Assembly (NCBI GenBank): GCA_002189035.1
Contig: NEEC01000020.1
Coordinates: 930,001 to 994,000 of the forward strand
Origin: Utricularia gibba
Lineage: Eukaryota; Plantae; Magnoliophyta
Direction: 5' to 3'
Length of the DNA stretch: 64,000 nt
This document shows positions 25,883 through 39,000 of this stretch, piece by piece (within the stretch, counting starts at the first letter, position 1; each line of letters begins with the position of its first letter). Under the pieces are notes generated by a model. That model was given only the letters and a program-made list of their open reading frames with translations. It searched no databases and was not told where the DNA came from. The translations under genes and the position numbers were made by a program.

Positions 25883-28800
25883 TTTGGGTTCCTTCTCTTT
25901 GTTAGTATCCTGTTCTTGTTTTAGTTCTTTCATTCTTGCTTATTGAAAAAAAAAAACGTTCAAGCCACGTCCTTCTTCGTACTTTCGGCTTTGGCCCAAA
26001 AAAAAGGGTGCGCATGAAGTTCATTGAGGAAGAGCTCAAAATTGAGTTTCAATTGAATAGCAAGAACATCTTGAATATCAACTTCAAGGGTGTAAAAAGA
26101 AAAGAAATGTAAAGATGAACATCCATCACCCATCATTATCATCCATTATTGCATATGTTTGTTTGTGACCTTTTTACTTTTCCCATTCCACCAAGCAACC
26201 ACTTTATTGTTGTTTTCCTTATCTTGAATCATCATGTGTTGTCATTTACCTGTTCCTACCATTCCATTTGACTATTCTCTTTGTTGATTGCTCATTCCTA
26301 TATTTCTACAATTTCACAAGCAACATATTTCGTGTGTAGTACTCATTCCTCTGATTTCATATGTTCTTACCTTGTTGTCCATCCCTCCTAGTTACTTACT
26401 ACAACAAGTAACCAACTTAATTCAACCAACCCTCCTTTGTCTCCATCTTGAGACAATTAACACTGCCACCCTCATCTAACCCCATCATAACACCATAATC
26501 AATACCAATCTGGAAGTGATTAATTCTTGAGGTGCCATGAGGTCAAGCATGATGATGATACGGAGTGCATCAAGGACTTGAAGTTTGAGGATTGAGTGGT
26601 AAACTTTGTGTGTGTTTCTTTTTTCTTTCACTTTATTCTTTTTTGCTGCTCGTTTCTTTTTGTCTTCTATTTAGAATGTCAAATTCAAGAAGTGAGCATG
26701 AAAAGGATGACTCACCAGATGAAAAGTTCACTTTGAGAGCTATGCAACAAGAATTTGCAAGATTGAATCGCATTCTGAAAAATATAAATGTTAGGCTGGA
26801 TGAACATGAAAACTCTCTACAAAATGTTGCAAGAGCCCAAGGACCAGATAATTACACTACTAGAAGGGATCGAGTTGTTCAAATGCCTCAACGCATCAAC
26901 ACTGAACATGATTTCAGTGATCAACGAAGTGCAAGGACTGTTGGAAGAAGAGATCGAATCCTGAATAGTGATGAAGAAGATGACTATCTTCAACATGGTG
27001 AATCTGATTTTTTACATGGGGATACAAGAAGATTTAGAGATCAAGGAGGTAGAAGAGAAGGGGAAGAAATGGAAAGGATGTTGATAATATCAAGATGAAG
27101 ATACCTCAATTTTAAGGAAAGAATGATCCAGACACATATCTCCGAAGAAAAGAAAATCAGATTGGCTTCCATGGAATTCAGTGATTATGCTGTAATTTGG
27201 TGGGATCAATTGGTGACTAAACGAAGGATTGAATCGGAAGAACCAATTCATACTTGGGCTGAGAGGAAAAGAGTCATGAGAAGGCGATTTGTTCCAAACC
27301 ATTACCAAAGAGATGTTTATCAATAGTTGCAGAATCTCAAGTAAGGCTCAAGGTCAGTGGAGGAATATTGGCAATAAATGAAGATCTTGATGATTAGAGC
27401 CAATGTTCATGAAGATAGTGAAGCAACTATGGCTAGGTTTCTTCATGGGATGAATAAGGAAATTGCAAATATTGTGGAGGTTCATCACTACATTGAGATG
27501 GAGAACATGATTCATATGGTCACAAAAGTTGAGAAACAACTCTCTAACAAGACGTTTGCTCGAGATTTCAACAAGAGGGATCCTGGTTTGAGATTTGGCG
27601 GCACCAAGGAGATGCTGGAGAGAAATAAAGGGAAGTCATCCATGGAAAACTTCAAATTCGACATTCCATCAAGTTCCAAGCAAGGGGAGCGAACAACACC
27701 TCCAAAGGACACTACAAGGAACATAAAATGTTTCAAATGCTTGGGGCATGGACATATTACTTCTGAATGTCCAAATAAACGAGCGATGGTGATTAGAGGC
27801 AATGAAGAAGTGATTAGTGAAGATGATGATGATTTCGTGGAGATAGAAACTGAATTGAGTGATGAGGATGAATTGCCTGTTTCTGGGGAAGTTTTAGTCA
27901 CTCGAAGGACACTTAATATTGGAGTGAAGGATAATGATGAGCAAAGGGAAAACTTGTTTCAAACATGGTACTTTTGTTAATAGGAAAGTTTGCAGCCTGA
28001 TTATTGATGGAGGTAGTTGCACTAATGTTGCCAACAATATCTTGGTGGAGAAATTGCGATTACCAACCGTGAGATATTCTAAGCCTTACAATTTATAGTG
28101 GTTTAATGAAGGAAGTGGGGTAAAGGTTACCAAACAAGCGCTCGTGGCGTTTTCTGTAGTAAGATATGAAGATGAAGTCCTATATGATGTTGTTCCTATG
28201 CATGCCAGTCACATTTTTGTTGGGAGGCCTTAGGAATATGATAAAAAGGCATTCCATGATGGCTTCAAGAACAAGTATTCCTTTGGCCATAATGGACGCT
28301 CCATCACACTTGCTCCATTATCTCCAAAGGAGGTACATGAAATCAAGTCAGAATCCTTGGTGATGCTAGAGCTTTGCATAGTGTTAATGGAAAGCACAAG
28401 GAGGTCGTACCTAAGGGAGAAGAGATGAGTGGAGAAGATCGAAAAGAGAGTGGAGTGAAAATGAATGAAAAAAAGATTCAAAAAAGTGGAGAGAAAAGAA
28501 AAGATGGGAAGGAATTGAGTGGAAAAAAGGGTGACAATGAGTGCAAAACAGAAAGTGGAAACATGAGAGTGTTAGAAATTGAGATAAATAATGAGAGTTT
28601 CTTAGCAAGCCCAAGTGAGATTAGACACTCACTTCATGCTAGGCAATCATTACTTCCACTTATATACGAGGATGAAATTCCTACTTTTCCTAACAACGCT
28701 CCACCTATTCCATCTTGTATTGTGTCTCTCTTACAGGTATATGAAGATGTATTTCCAGAAGAACTTCAAGGCTTACCTCCCCTCAGAGGGATTGAGCACC

Positions 28801-31246
28801 AAATTGACCTTGTGCCTGGAACACAACTCTCAAACCGACTAGCATACCAAGTCAATCAAGAGGAGACGAAGGAAATACAAAAGCAAGTTGAAGAATTGAT
28901 GTCTAAAGGATTTGTGTGTGAGAGCATGAGCCCTTGCTCTGTGTCGGTGTTATTGGTTCCTAAGTTTGATGGAACTTGACGGATGTGCACTGATTGTCGC
29001 GCCGTCAACAACATCACAATCAAGTATAGACATCCTATCCCTAAACTTGAAGATATGCTTGATGAATTGCATGGTGCTTGTGTTTTTAGTAAGATTCATT
29101 TGAGAAGTGAATATCATCAGATTAGAATGAAGTAAGGTGATGAGTGGAAAACCGCTTTTAAAACTAAGTTTGGTTTGTATGAATGAGTTGTTATGTCTTT
29201 TGGTTTTACTAATGCTCCTAACACCTTTATGAGATTGATGAATCACGTTCTTAGGCCTTTTATAGGTAGATTCGTAGTTGTTTATTTTGATAATATTCTG
29301 ATCTATAGCAAGAGTCTTGAGGAACATGTAGGGCATTTGAAGTATGTGTTAGATACTCTTAGAAAAGAGAAGTTGTTTGCTAATATCAAGAAGTGTGTCT
29401 TTTGTACGAATAGTGTCTCTTTTCTTGGATATATTGTAAATGATGCAGGAGTAGGTGTGGATGAAGAGAAAGTGAGAGCAATCAAAGAATGGTCAACACT
29501 TACATCAGCTGGTGAAGTTAGGAGTTTCCATAGCTTAGCAAGTTTCTATAGACGATTTATTAAGGATTTCAGGTCTATAGCAGCACCCCTCACTCAATTG
29601 ATCAAGAAAAATCATCTATTTCATTGGGGAGACAAGCAAGAACATGCCTTCAAACAACTCAAGGATAAGCTTTGCTCAACATCTCTCCTAGTGTTTCCAA
29701 ATTTTTCTGACACTTTTGAAATTGAATGTGACGCATCGGGTTTAGGCATTAGTGCTGTATTGATGCAAAATGGACGTCCACTTGCTTATTTTAGTGAGAA
29801 GCTTCATGGTGCCAACCTCAACTATCCAACGTATGACAAAGAGTTGTATGCATTGGTTAAAGTTTTGGAGACAGGGCAGCACTACTTGTGACCTAAGGAG
29901 TACACACTAATCATAGTCCCTCAAACATTTGAAGTGTCAAGGAAAGTTGAATAGAAGACATGCTAAGTAGGTGGAATTCATTGATACATTCCCATATGTG
30001 ATCAAATACTAAAAAGGTAAGGAGAATGTGGTAGCTGATGCTTTATCTAGAAGGTATACTCTTTTAGCTAATTTTGATGCAAGAATTCTAGGATTTGCTT
30101 CTATTATTGACTTATATGCTCATGATCACGATTTTGGAGACGTTTATAAGACATGCAAACTTGCTCCATCTGGAATATTCTTTAGGAAATATGGTTTTTT
30201 TTATAGGAAAGATAGATTGTGCATTCCTTGTTGTTCCATACATGATTTGATTGTTAAGGAAGCTCATGGGGGTGGATTAATGGGATATTTTGGTGTTAAA
30301 AAGACTTGATATTCTCACCCAACATTTATTTTAGCCATATATAAGAAGGGATGTTGAAAGAATTTATGATAGATGTATTTTTTGTTGGAAGGCTAAATCA
30401 ACCACTGCCCCTAATGGTTTGTATACTCTACTCCCTACTTCTTCCCAACCATGAGTGGACATTTTTATGGGCTTTGTTTTAGGCTTACCTCGTACCCAAA
30501 GGGATAGAGATTCAATTTTTGTTGTTGTGGACAGGTTTTTAAAGATAGCACACTTTATTCCTTGTCACAAAACTGATGGTGCATTTCATGTGGCTGATCT
30601 CTTCTTTTGGGAAGTCATTAGACTTCATGGTATGCCCCTCACTGTTGTCTCTGATCGAGATGCAAGATTTCTCAGTCACTTTTTGAGAGTTATTTGGAGT
30701 AAACTTGGCAGTAAGCTGTTGTACTTAACAACATATCATCCTCAAACAGATGGACAAACTGAGGTGACAAATTGCACACTTTCTACCTTAATTAGGATTA
30801 TGATTAAATCAAATCTTAAGACATGGGAGGAATGTTTGCCACTTTTTGAGTTCGCTTACAATAGAACCATGCATCTCACTACTAAATTATCTCCATTTGA
30901 AGTGGTTTATGTCTTTAATCCTCTTACATCTTTGGATATGTTACCTTTGTCTTGTAATGGAAAGTTAGTTTAGATGGCAAGAAAAAGGCTGAAGCAATTA
31001 GAAGATTGTATGAGAAGGTGAAACAACAGATTGAATCCAGTAATACAAAATATGCATCAATAGCAAATAGGGGGAGATGCAAAGTTGTATTTGAACCTTT
31101 CCAAGTTGTTGAGCGCGTGAATGATAATGCTTACAAGCTAGATTTACCAGGTGAGTATTCTGTTCATTCAATTTTCAATGTTGCTGATTTGTCTCTTTTC
31201 CAAATGGATACAGATTCAAGAACAAATCTTCCTAAAGAAGGGGGGA

Positions 31247-31880
31247 TGATGAGCCCTAGGAAGATAATGAAGAATATTTAAAGAATGATGAGGATGTTGT
31301 GAAAGTGAACACATTAGAGACAAAAATCATTCCATTAGGACCAATTACAAGAAGTAAGAGCAAGATGGTTGAAGCTAATCTCAATACTCTACTCAATACT
31401 ATTGGAACTAATATTGAACCTAAAGTATTACCATCAAAGAAGTTCAACTATTGGAGTCTACATCTACCTTAGAGCCCAAAACATCTCCCTATCCTTCATG
31501 TGTGTTCTTGGACACTTTAGGCTTTTCTTTTTTCTTTAGTTTGGGCTTCGTAATGTTGAAACCCAATTTTAGAGTATAAATACTTTAGAGATATACTTTT
31601 TGAAGGATCTTTAGTTCATTTGATGTATCTTGTGAAGATTTTCCTCGTCTTTGAGTGTTTGAACACTTTTGACTTATCAAACTTCGAGCATGTGGTGTCC
31701 TAAAATTATCATTTCCAGTTCCTTTTTTTTCTGAAGTGTAGCTCCTAATTTCCTTTCTTTCAAGGTCTAGTTGCAAGAGATTCATTCTCTTGAGGGTAGA
31801 CTTGGGTGGATTACTTTCTAAGCTTCAAAATCACCTCTTGTTCGTGGATTGCTAATCTCTTAGATTAGAGGATCACATCA
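31247..31880 (+). repeat. 3' LTR of the CRM element (634 bp)
   Basis: TGATGAGCCC...GGATCACATCA, preceded by the PPT. Colinear with the 5' LTR but with many substitutions. Confidence 0.92.
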
Positions 31881-32140
31881 TTCTTGCCCCAAAACATCAT
31901 TCGAGAAGACATCATAAATGGAGACTTCTGGTAGATTAGAAGAAACTGAATCTGAGGGCTACCGTGTTCTTCTTCCTTTATAGTTGGAGAACTCTTGGTG
32001 GAGCACCAGACTCCATCCCGAAGCATTGCTTTTTTCTTCTTCCCACTTGCAGTAGCAGCATTGCTTTTTCCTAAGTGCAACGTCAAGCATCCAACGTCAA
32101 GCATGGAATGAATATGAGGCGTCACCAAGAAGTTGTCAAC

Positions 32141-32872
32141 GAGTAAATTACAAATCTAGGCACTATCAAAAATTAATTTTATAAAAATAGACAACTATAT
32201 GATAAATTTAAACATCTTTTATTTTTTATTTTATTTTATTGTTTTAGCTTTCTTTAATTGTATTTATTAATAGTATTTGGAATGTATTTTTTAAAAAATC
32301 GAACTATATTATAATATAACTATATTTCTATTTTTATTAAATTTCAATATAAAAAAAATTGATGATTACCAATGACATATGTTAAATAAATGTAGTAACT
32401 ATATTATACATGTAATTAAGATTTGCTTATGATAATGTTTTATTTTATAGTAATATAGAATTACGATTTGCTTAAATTTTAATAATTAAAATTAATTGTT
32501 CATTATATCATTATCTTAAATAATTCTATGTGTTTTTTTTAGAATCAATAATATAATAATATTGTTTTAATTTTTTATAAAAAAATAATATGAATTACAT
32601 ATATAATATAGTTACTACATTTATTTAACATGTCATTGATAATCCTCAAATTTTTTATATTGAAATTTAATAAAAATAGAAATATAGTTATATTGTAATA
32701 TAGTTCTATTTTTTAAAAAATACATTCCAAATACTATTAATAAATACAATTAAAAGAAAGCTAAAACAATAAAATAAAAAAATAAAAGATACCTAAATTT
32801 ATCACTTAATACACATAATTGCCAATTTTTATAAAATTAATTTTTGATAGTGTCTAGATTTGTAATTGACCC
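32141..32872. mobile_element. Mutator-like (MULE) non-autonomous element with approximately 280-bp terminal inverted repeats
   Basis: Arms 32141-32417 and 32593-32872 are reverse complements (GAGTAAATTACAAATCTAGG... / ...TCTAGATTTGTAATTGACCC). The 9-bp flanks are gttgtcaac and attgtcaac. Confidence 0.92.
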
Positions 32873-33311
32873 ATTGTCAACCTTCATATTTCCACTGTAG
32901 CAGTACAGTACATGCCAATTTCTAGTACTTCACACCTATTGGAAAGCAGTTTATTTGATTTCCAATTGTAGACAGTAACACTTCCTCGCCACTCCTAACG
33001 CATGAGATTGATTCAAGTTTGGGAAAGAGATGGATAAACGAATCCACACGCTAGTTTTCATGAAGCAAGACAAAACACAAGAAGAACATGGGAGAACACA
33101 CCGTTGCTTCAATGAAGCTCCCCTCGTTAAGATGGCAGTGCAGACTGCAGAGAGGTGAACCAACTCAGTAGTAGTCCTCCTACAAATCAATCTGTGTTCC
33201 CACTGCAAGTGAAACATCCAACATGTGAACGAATGCAAGCGCAGCCTTTCTGCAATTTCACCCAGCAGAGTCGTAAGATGATGTCCTGGTTACATGGGAA
33301 CTGGCTAGAGT

Positions 33312-35100
33312 TCACACTTCGTGATCTTTTGCCATAGCATCGATGTCGAGCTCCACTTCTAGAACAGGAAAATCCTGCTCTTTGCTTTGAGCGCTGACAT
33401 GAATGAATACTTGTAAATAACATGTAGAACTTTATACCATGATGGTTTGACCTTCATACCTGTTGTTTATAGGTCCATGGTCCAACACATTCCTCAGACA
33501 GTAAATGGCCCTTCCTACTATGTTACTTATAGCAACTGGACCGAAGGTTCGACTATCATGAGCTTCCTACAGGAAGATTGAAGCAGGGGATATCCACTCT
33601 CAATTTCCATATGATGAGTAACGCAGTAAATGGCTATGAAAACTCCATACCTGAGGGCTTAGATCTTGGTCGTCAGCTACTACCCAGCACTGATCCTTTT
33701 CCAGCACAAAAGCCTCGTCATCTTTATTAGTTGACAGCATCTCATCTCCTTCAACTGCAGCTAACCGGCGCACTATATAATTACCATCCTTCACGGGGTC
33801 TTTCAGGACAACAACGTCTCTGACATCAACTCTCCTGGTACATAGAAAAGTGGAACCATTCAATCAGAAGATCAGGGCAGCTCTAGCCTTTCACATATCT
33901 ATCATCAAGTGTGAAACCACTGAAGTGCCTTCTAGAATTTAATTATGAATCCTACAATTTTACAGACGTTGGATCAAAACTTTATTTTGAACCATACATC
34001 AGATCTGGAAATGGAAGTTTCCGTACGAGAAGTGTTCCAAACAGGTCCCTGGTCATGGGAGCTTTCTCTTCTCCTTTGTTGCAGTGCACAAACGTGAGCC
34101 TTCCTTGAAGAAAACTTCGATACATCATGTCAAGCGCTTCAGTATCTCGAAGACCTTTCACCAAGGCCTACAACCACAAATTCTCGTCGTACCAGGTGCA
34201 TAGATATTGCAGAAACTAGTCAAGATAAATAAATAAAATTGTAAATGCGAGTAAGCAATCATTTAAACACTTGTGTTCCATCTTGAAGGATTGCCTTTAA
34301 AGGATCAAAAGATCAGCGGTCAATAGTAACAGCATGTTTTCAAGGATTTCAGATATAGGAGCCATCTAGTGAATGAGACTCATATAAGAGAATCAAAGAG
34401 AAGCTTATAATTTGAAGAGCAACATTCGCATACGAGGATACATGGTCATATTCCAATGTGATGACATACAACTAATTGTTTTTCGTTATTCACCAAATTT
34501 AGTGTCATATAAGTACGAATCAAATAGTTGAAATGATCCATGTATTATTCCCCAACTCAGAAACAAACCCGAGGCCATGCAAAGAAACTTTAATTCTCTG
34601 CGTCACGCACATGCAGGGTGACAACAAGCTCTTACTGGAACTCACGATATTTTAACCAACAGTAAAACAAAAGGAACTGGACGAGAAACCTAACAACAAA
34701 GACCCACCTAAGGGAGGTTTCCATGAGTGGGCTGCATTCCATTTAACTAGATTGTGAAAAAAAAAATAACAGTATTTTAAAGTAGCAAAGCTCGAGCACT
34801 AAAACCCACTCATCCTAATTTCACATTGCCATAATCCTCAGACAGGACGAGCTTCCCTACAATGAACATCTTTTACAAGCTACAAACTAAATCATCAAAA
34901 GGGTTTAGTCGGCAGGAGAAGAAAAAAAAAGCGATGATGACTTAACCCATGAAAAGAAATTGATTCAAATAAAGAACCAATTGCTGCGAGGTGCACTTAT
35001 AAATTCAAAATACGTTCTAGTGAGTTACCATCCGTCCAACCAAGATAGAGTGGTTGAATTTGCACGATAGATACCGCCCCCACGTTCCGATCGACACCAT
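33312..35100 (-). CDS. Peptidase S24/S26-family protein (inner membrane protease / signal peptidase-like), 5 exons
   Basis: Exons encode MVSIGTWGRYLSCK, GRLTFVHCNKGEE, TLLVRKLP, DVVVLKDP...YIVRRLAAVEGDEM, VLEKDQCWVVAD, DSRTFGPV..SNIVGRAIYCLR and PVLEVELDID. The stop is at 33314-33312. Confidence 0.88.
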
Positions 35101-35354
35101 TTCAGATTGCTCTCAGTTGCAGACTCCGACTGAAAGAATTTGGCTCCCCCCTTAAAACCCTTCAACCTCCTGCGCTATTATTTCTTCTGCTTTCGTGACT
35201 CGCCGAGCCGAATTAAATAATAATGGATTTCATTAACTTTTTTCATATTTATTATAAATTACAAATTAAAAAATTAAATTTCTCGTATAATTTTTTATTA
35301 AAATTATTGGAGAGTTGGACATACCATTTGAAGCTTGGTAACAATAGTATGAGA

Positions 35355-35912
35355 TAGAGTTGGAAATCACACGGTTTCAGGGTTCTAAATATCTCAAATC
35401 AACCCCAACCGTACGGACACATACATTCCTGAATTGAACTGGAATCGAAATCATGACTTCGTGTGGAATCGATGGTTTAAAACTGATGAACTATTAGTTT
35501 TATTTTTAAATGATATCAAATACTTTCACATTCATTATGGGAGTTTGAAAAAAATTTTAAAAAATAATATATTTTTCAAATATTTTCAATGATTCTGTAT
35601 GAAAAATATTTTCTATTTTTAGAATCATTTTTAAATACTGCAAACAATTGTTATTGGATCCAGAAAAATCCTCTAGAAAAATGATACATTTTAAAATCTC
35701 ATGTGGATGTCTAAAAATTAATCTCTAAAAAAACTATCCGATTGATTTGTTTTAAATGTTTTTTTTTTTTTTTTGTTCAATTCAAGATTTAAAAATTCAG
35801 TTTCAGTTCGAAATAAAAACAAAATTAAACAGTAAATCATGATTTATGAACCGACTGTTCAAAAGAACCGTTTAATTCCGAACCCATTGATTCGGAACCG
35901 ATAGCAACTCTA
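35355..35912. mobile_element. hAT-family MITE (558 bp)
   Basis: Termini TAGAGTTG / CAACTCTA, 8-bp flanks gtatgaga / gtatgagg, and subterminal aaccg/ggttc motifs. Confidence 0.8.
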
Positions 35913-36044
35913 GTATGAGGGCATGATATGTTGAAAGAGAGGAACCAATTGAAGGCATCCCCATGTTCTGGAAATGTAATTTATGCACAAATATTCACAG
36001 TAAAGAATGTCACAGCAGCAACAGAGATGAGAATGAGAATGAGA

Positions 36045-39000
36045 TCAGGCAGCACTCCCAGACATGCTCCCACAGGGCGTCTCATACACATCCCCAAACG
36101 GAGGATCGAAGTCTTCAGCTTCCAAGTCTTCCATGTAAAACGTTCTGGACAGGCCCCGTGAGCCCCTAAGATCGACAACATGGGAGCCTTCCTCTGAGCT
36201 CTGCTCCGATAGATCATCCAAACCATTCCAATGATGAGCTGCGTTCTTGCTATAGAATTCAGGAGGTTCGATGAAGCTCGCAAGCCGGTGGGATGCTGCG
36301 CCAGCGACGACGTTGGGTGGTTCTTGAAAGCTTGCTTGCTGATCATCCACTTCAGCCTGCGCACGAGCCCACCAGCGGTTCCTTGCAGCCATGGTGACAG
36401 CTTCATCGTGATGATGGAGGAGACTTTCCTGGAAAAGAGGGGCGGATGAAGAAGCTTGCAGGTTGCTGTTTATGCGGTCTGCCACAAGGTTGTCGTCCCA
36501 CATGTCCATGCGGCTCATGTCCCCTGGAATCCATGGATCTGCGGGGAGGTTCTCCTCATCAGCACCATCATGAAATCTCGGCGCAGCTGCTCCATCCATC
36601 TCTTGGTTATGGCAAGTGTAGAACCAGTCAAGAATGTAAGGGAAGTTCCTTTGCTGTCCATCTATCAGCCACAGCAGTTCCATTTGAGAGAAATCCCAAG
36701 TGTCCCTGCAACGTAAGTCTTGACCAAGAAAGCCATGCCGATTCGCTACTCCACCATGATATGGCATTGAGGGGAATGCTTTTCCGGTCATCATTCCATG
36801 GCCACGCAGTTTCTCGTCTCTAAAAGTTTTTAGAGTTGCCAGGAACCGCTTTCCATCTGGGTTAGGCTCCCACGAAGGATAGGCCAAATGGAAACTGCAC
36901 ACACAGTGGGGATAAAATGAAGAATGCCCAAAAAGAACGTTGTCTCATGAATACTGCACCTTAGAAAGGACTTCTCCAGTTTCCCTTGGGAACTCCTCCG
37001 GTCACGAGGAAGAGCAAAAGGTGAACCATATCTTTTGTTTCCATGGTTTCTAAAATCAAAGAGACTGAAACTGCAATGAAAAGCAGGATATGGGTATCAG
37101 AAAGAATTGGAATTGTAAGAATCAGTAAAAAAATTGAAGGCCTTGTGCATACCTACAAATGTCACCAACACCTTCAACGTTCACTGTAAAGTCAACAATG
37201 AACTGCAAAATTATGTCCACCCTCTGCAGCATAAAAAAGATGTGTAACACAGTTTCCAAGAGGGATATATAAACTGGATACGCTCAAAAATAAACCTTTG
37301 GAACAACAAAGATGAGCAGGTAAGGAGTGACAAATATTGAGGCCATCTCTTCCAACAGCATCATTCCAGTATACTGAACACTAGTAGTTTCCTTGTTAGT
37401 TAATTTCAAGTGACTAAAAATGTATAATATATATATATATACACACACACATCTAAGGTTTCAATAAGGGGAAAACAGTCTCCAACCTCATATCAAGTAA
37501 TGTGGAGTTGAAACTGAGATATACAAATCCATGTGTACAACTTGATTGGAAACTGAAAATCTTCCTGCGTACCTGGAAAAGAGTTTCAAACTCCTCCCTT
37601 ACGGTGTCGGTGTTCTCTCTTCTACGCCATCTTTTGGGCATAAAATGTGTATGTTGGACTACTTGTGACATCATTCCTTGAGGATCAAGAATCAGGAGTT
37701 CATCAGCCACTGCTGCCCGACTTATAGCTGTTATGGTACCAAAAACAGCTGCATACCAGAACAAGTTCCGCCCAAAAATCTGTCAGGTCAACCAGAACGC
37801 AAAAGGAAAGTGGGAAATGTCAGAACTACAAAGATCATATGCTTTTCAAACAAAAAAAGTAACAGAGTATTACATGGCCTTCCAGAAGAGATTCCTCAAG
37901 GAATGCAATGATAATAAGCACAGCAGCAAAGCCACCCGAGATAAATGAAATGAACTTTGCTACAATAGTCAAGATGGGCGAAGGAAACTGCTTTAGATAA
38001 TCAGAAGCATGCACAACACTGTTATTCATGCGGTGCTTGAATAGATGGTCAACCTGGGAAGATATTTCTCATGTTGGATCATAAGGAAGAATGAAAGTAT
38101 ATGAAAATTTGACATAGTCATAAAATGAATAGAGAAGGTATAGTAATTAGTCAGACTTTCACGCGAAGCACAATGTTACCCACCAACACACTCAGTCATC
38201 CAACTCAGGAAAATTGAACAACTTGTGCAAAAGAGAAATCTGCCTTGTGAAACAGGGTGGTAAATTCATGTAGATACCTCATTGAATTCCCTGAACATCC
38301 ATTTAGAAAGATTCGACCACCTACGGGAGGATGCCGTACTTGGATGATTATAGAATTGTTCAGCGTGCCTTAAAAAGAGGTACACGAGCATGAAAATAAC
38401 AAGAAAGGGTGACAGAAAAAAGAGAGCGATGCCAACTATCCTAAGTCTTATCCTTAATGCTCCTGGGTCAGAGACAAAGTCCCTTCGAATGAGAAAGTTC
38501 CTGTGAATGGATAGAAGAAGACACAAGTAGATCAACCAACATGCAGAAACAAAATGGAGAAACCGATGCATTGTTATGAAATTAAATGTTGCATTCATTA
38601 GAACATACCTGTCAAACATACTCTGTAGTATGCACCAATTCAATATCCATTCAAGGGTCTTTGGAAGTATTAGTCGTTCCTTAACACCATTTGGACCTCC
38701 ACTGTAGGTTATACCAGCAATAGGGAGCCATTTTGAAACAGGGAATGCAAGTGCTCCTTTGTGGAGCATGCCAATCAAGTAATTCTCCTTTCGCATCAGC
38801 CTCATCACCACATCCTGAAGAGAAAGGTCCTTGACGACACATAGCTGCTGCCTATGTTGTACTTGGACAACCTTTTCAAGGACCAATGACCATGGCAATG
38901 TCTGTAATTCACTGTCTGTTACACAGAGACTGCACAGTTGATGCCTATCAGCAACAATTATAGGAAGCCAAATGCAAAGAAATCTTGATAAAAGTTCATA

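Larger units (their letters stand above)
25237..31880 (+). mobile_element. Full-length but decayed Ty3/gypsy chromovirus, CRM clade
   Basis: Both LTRs run TGATG...CATCA. tRNA-iMet primer site at 25871 and PPT aagaagggggga before 31247. Target-site duplication tcctt/ttctt. Gag (AVIWWDQL), zinc knuckle (CFKCLGHGHITSEC), protease, RT ([26 protein letters not shown]), RNase H (IECDASGLG) and integrase (HPQTDGQTE). The integrase frame runs into the 3' LTR, which holds a GPITRSK CR-type motif. Confidence 0.93.
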
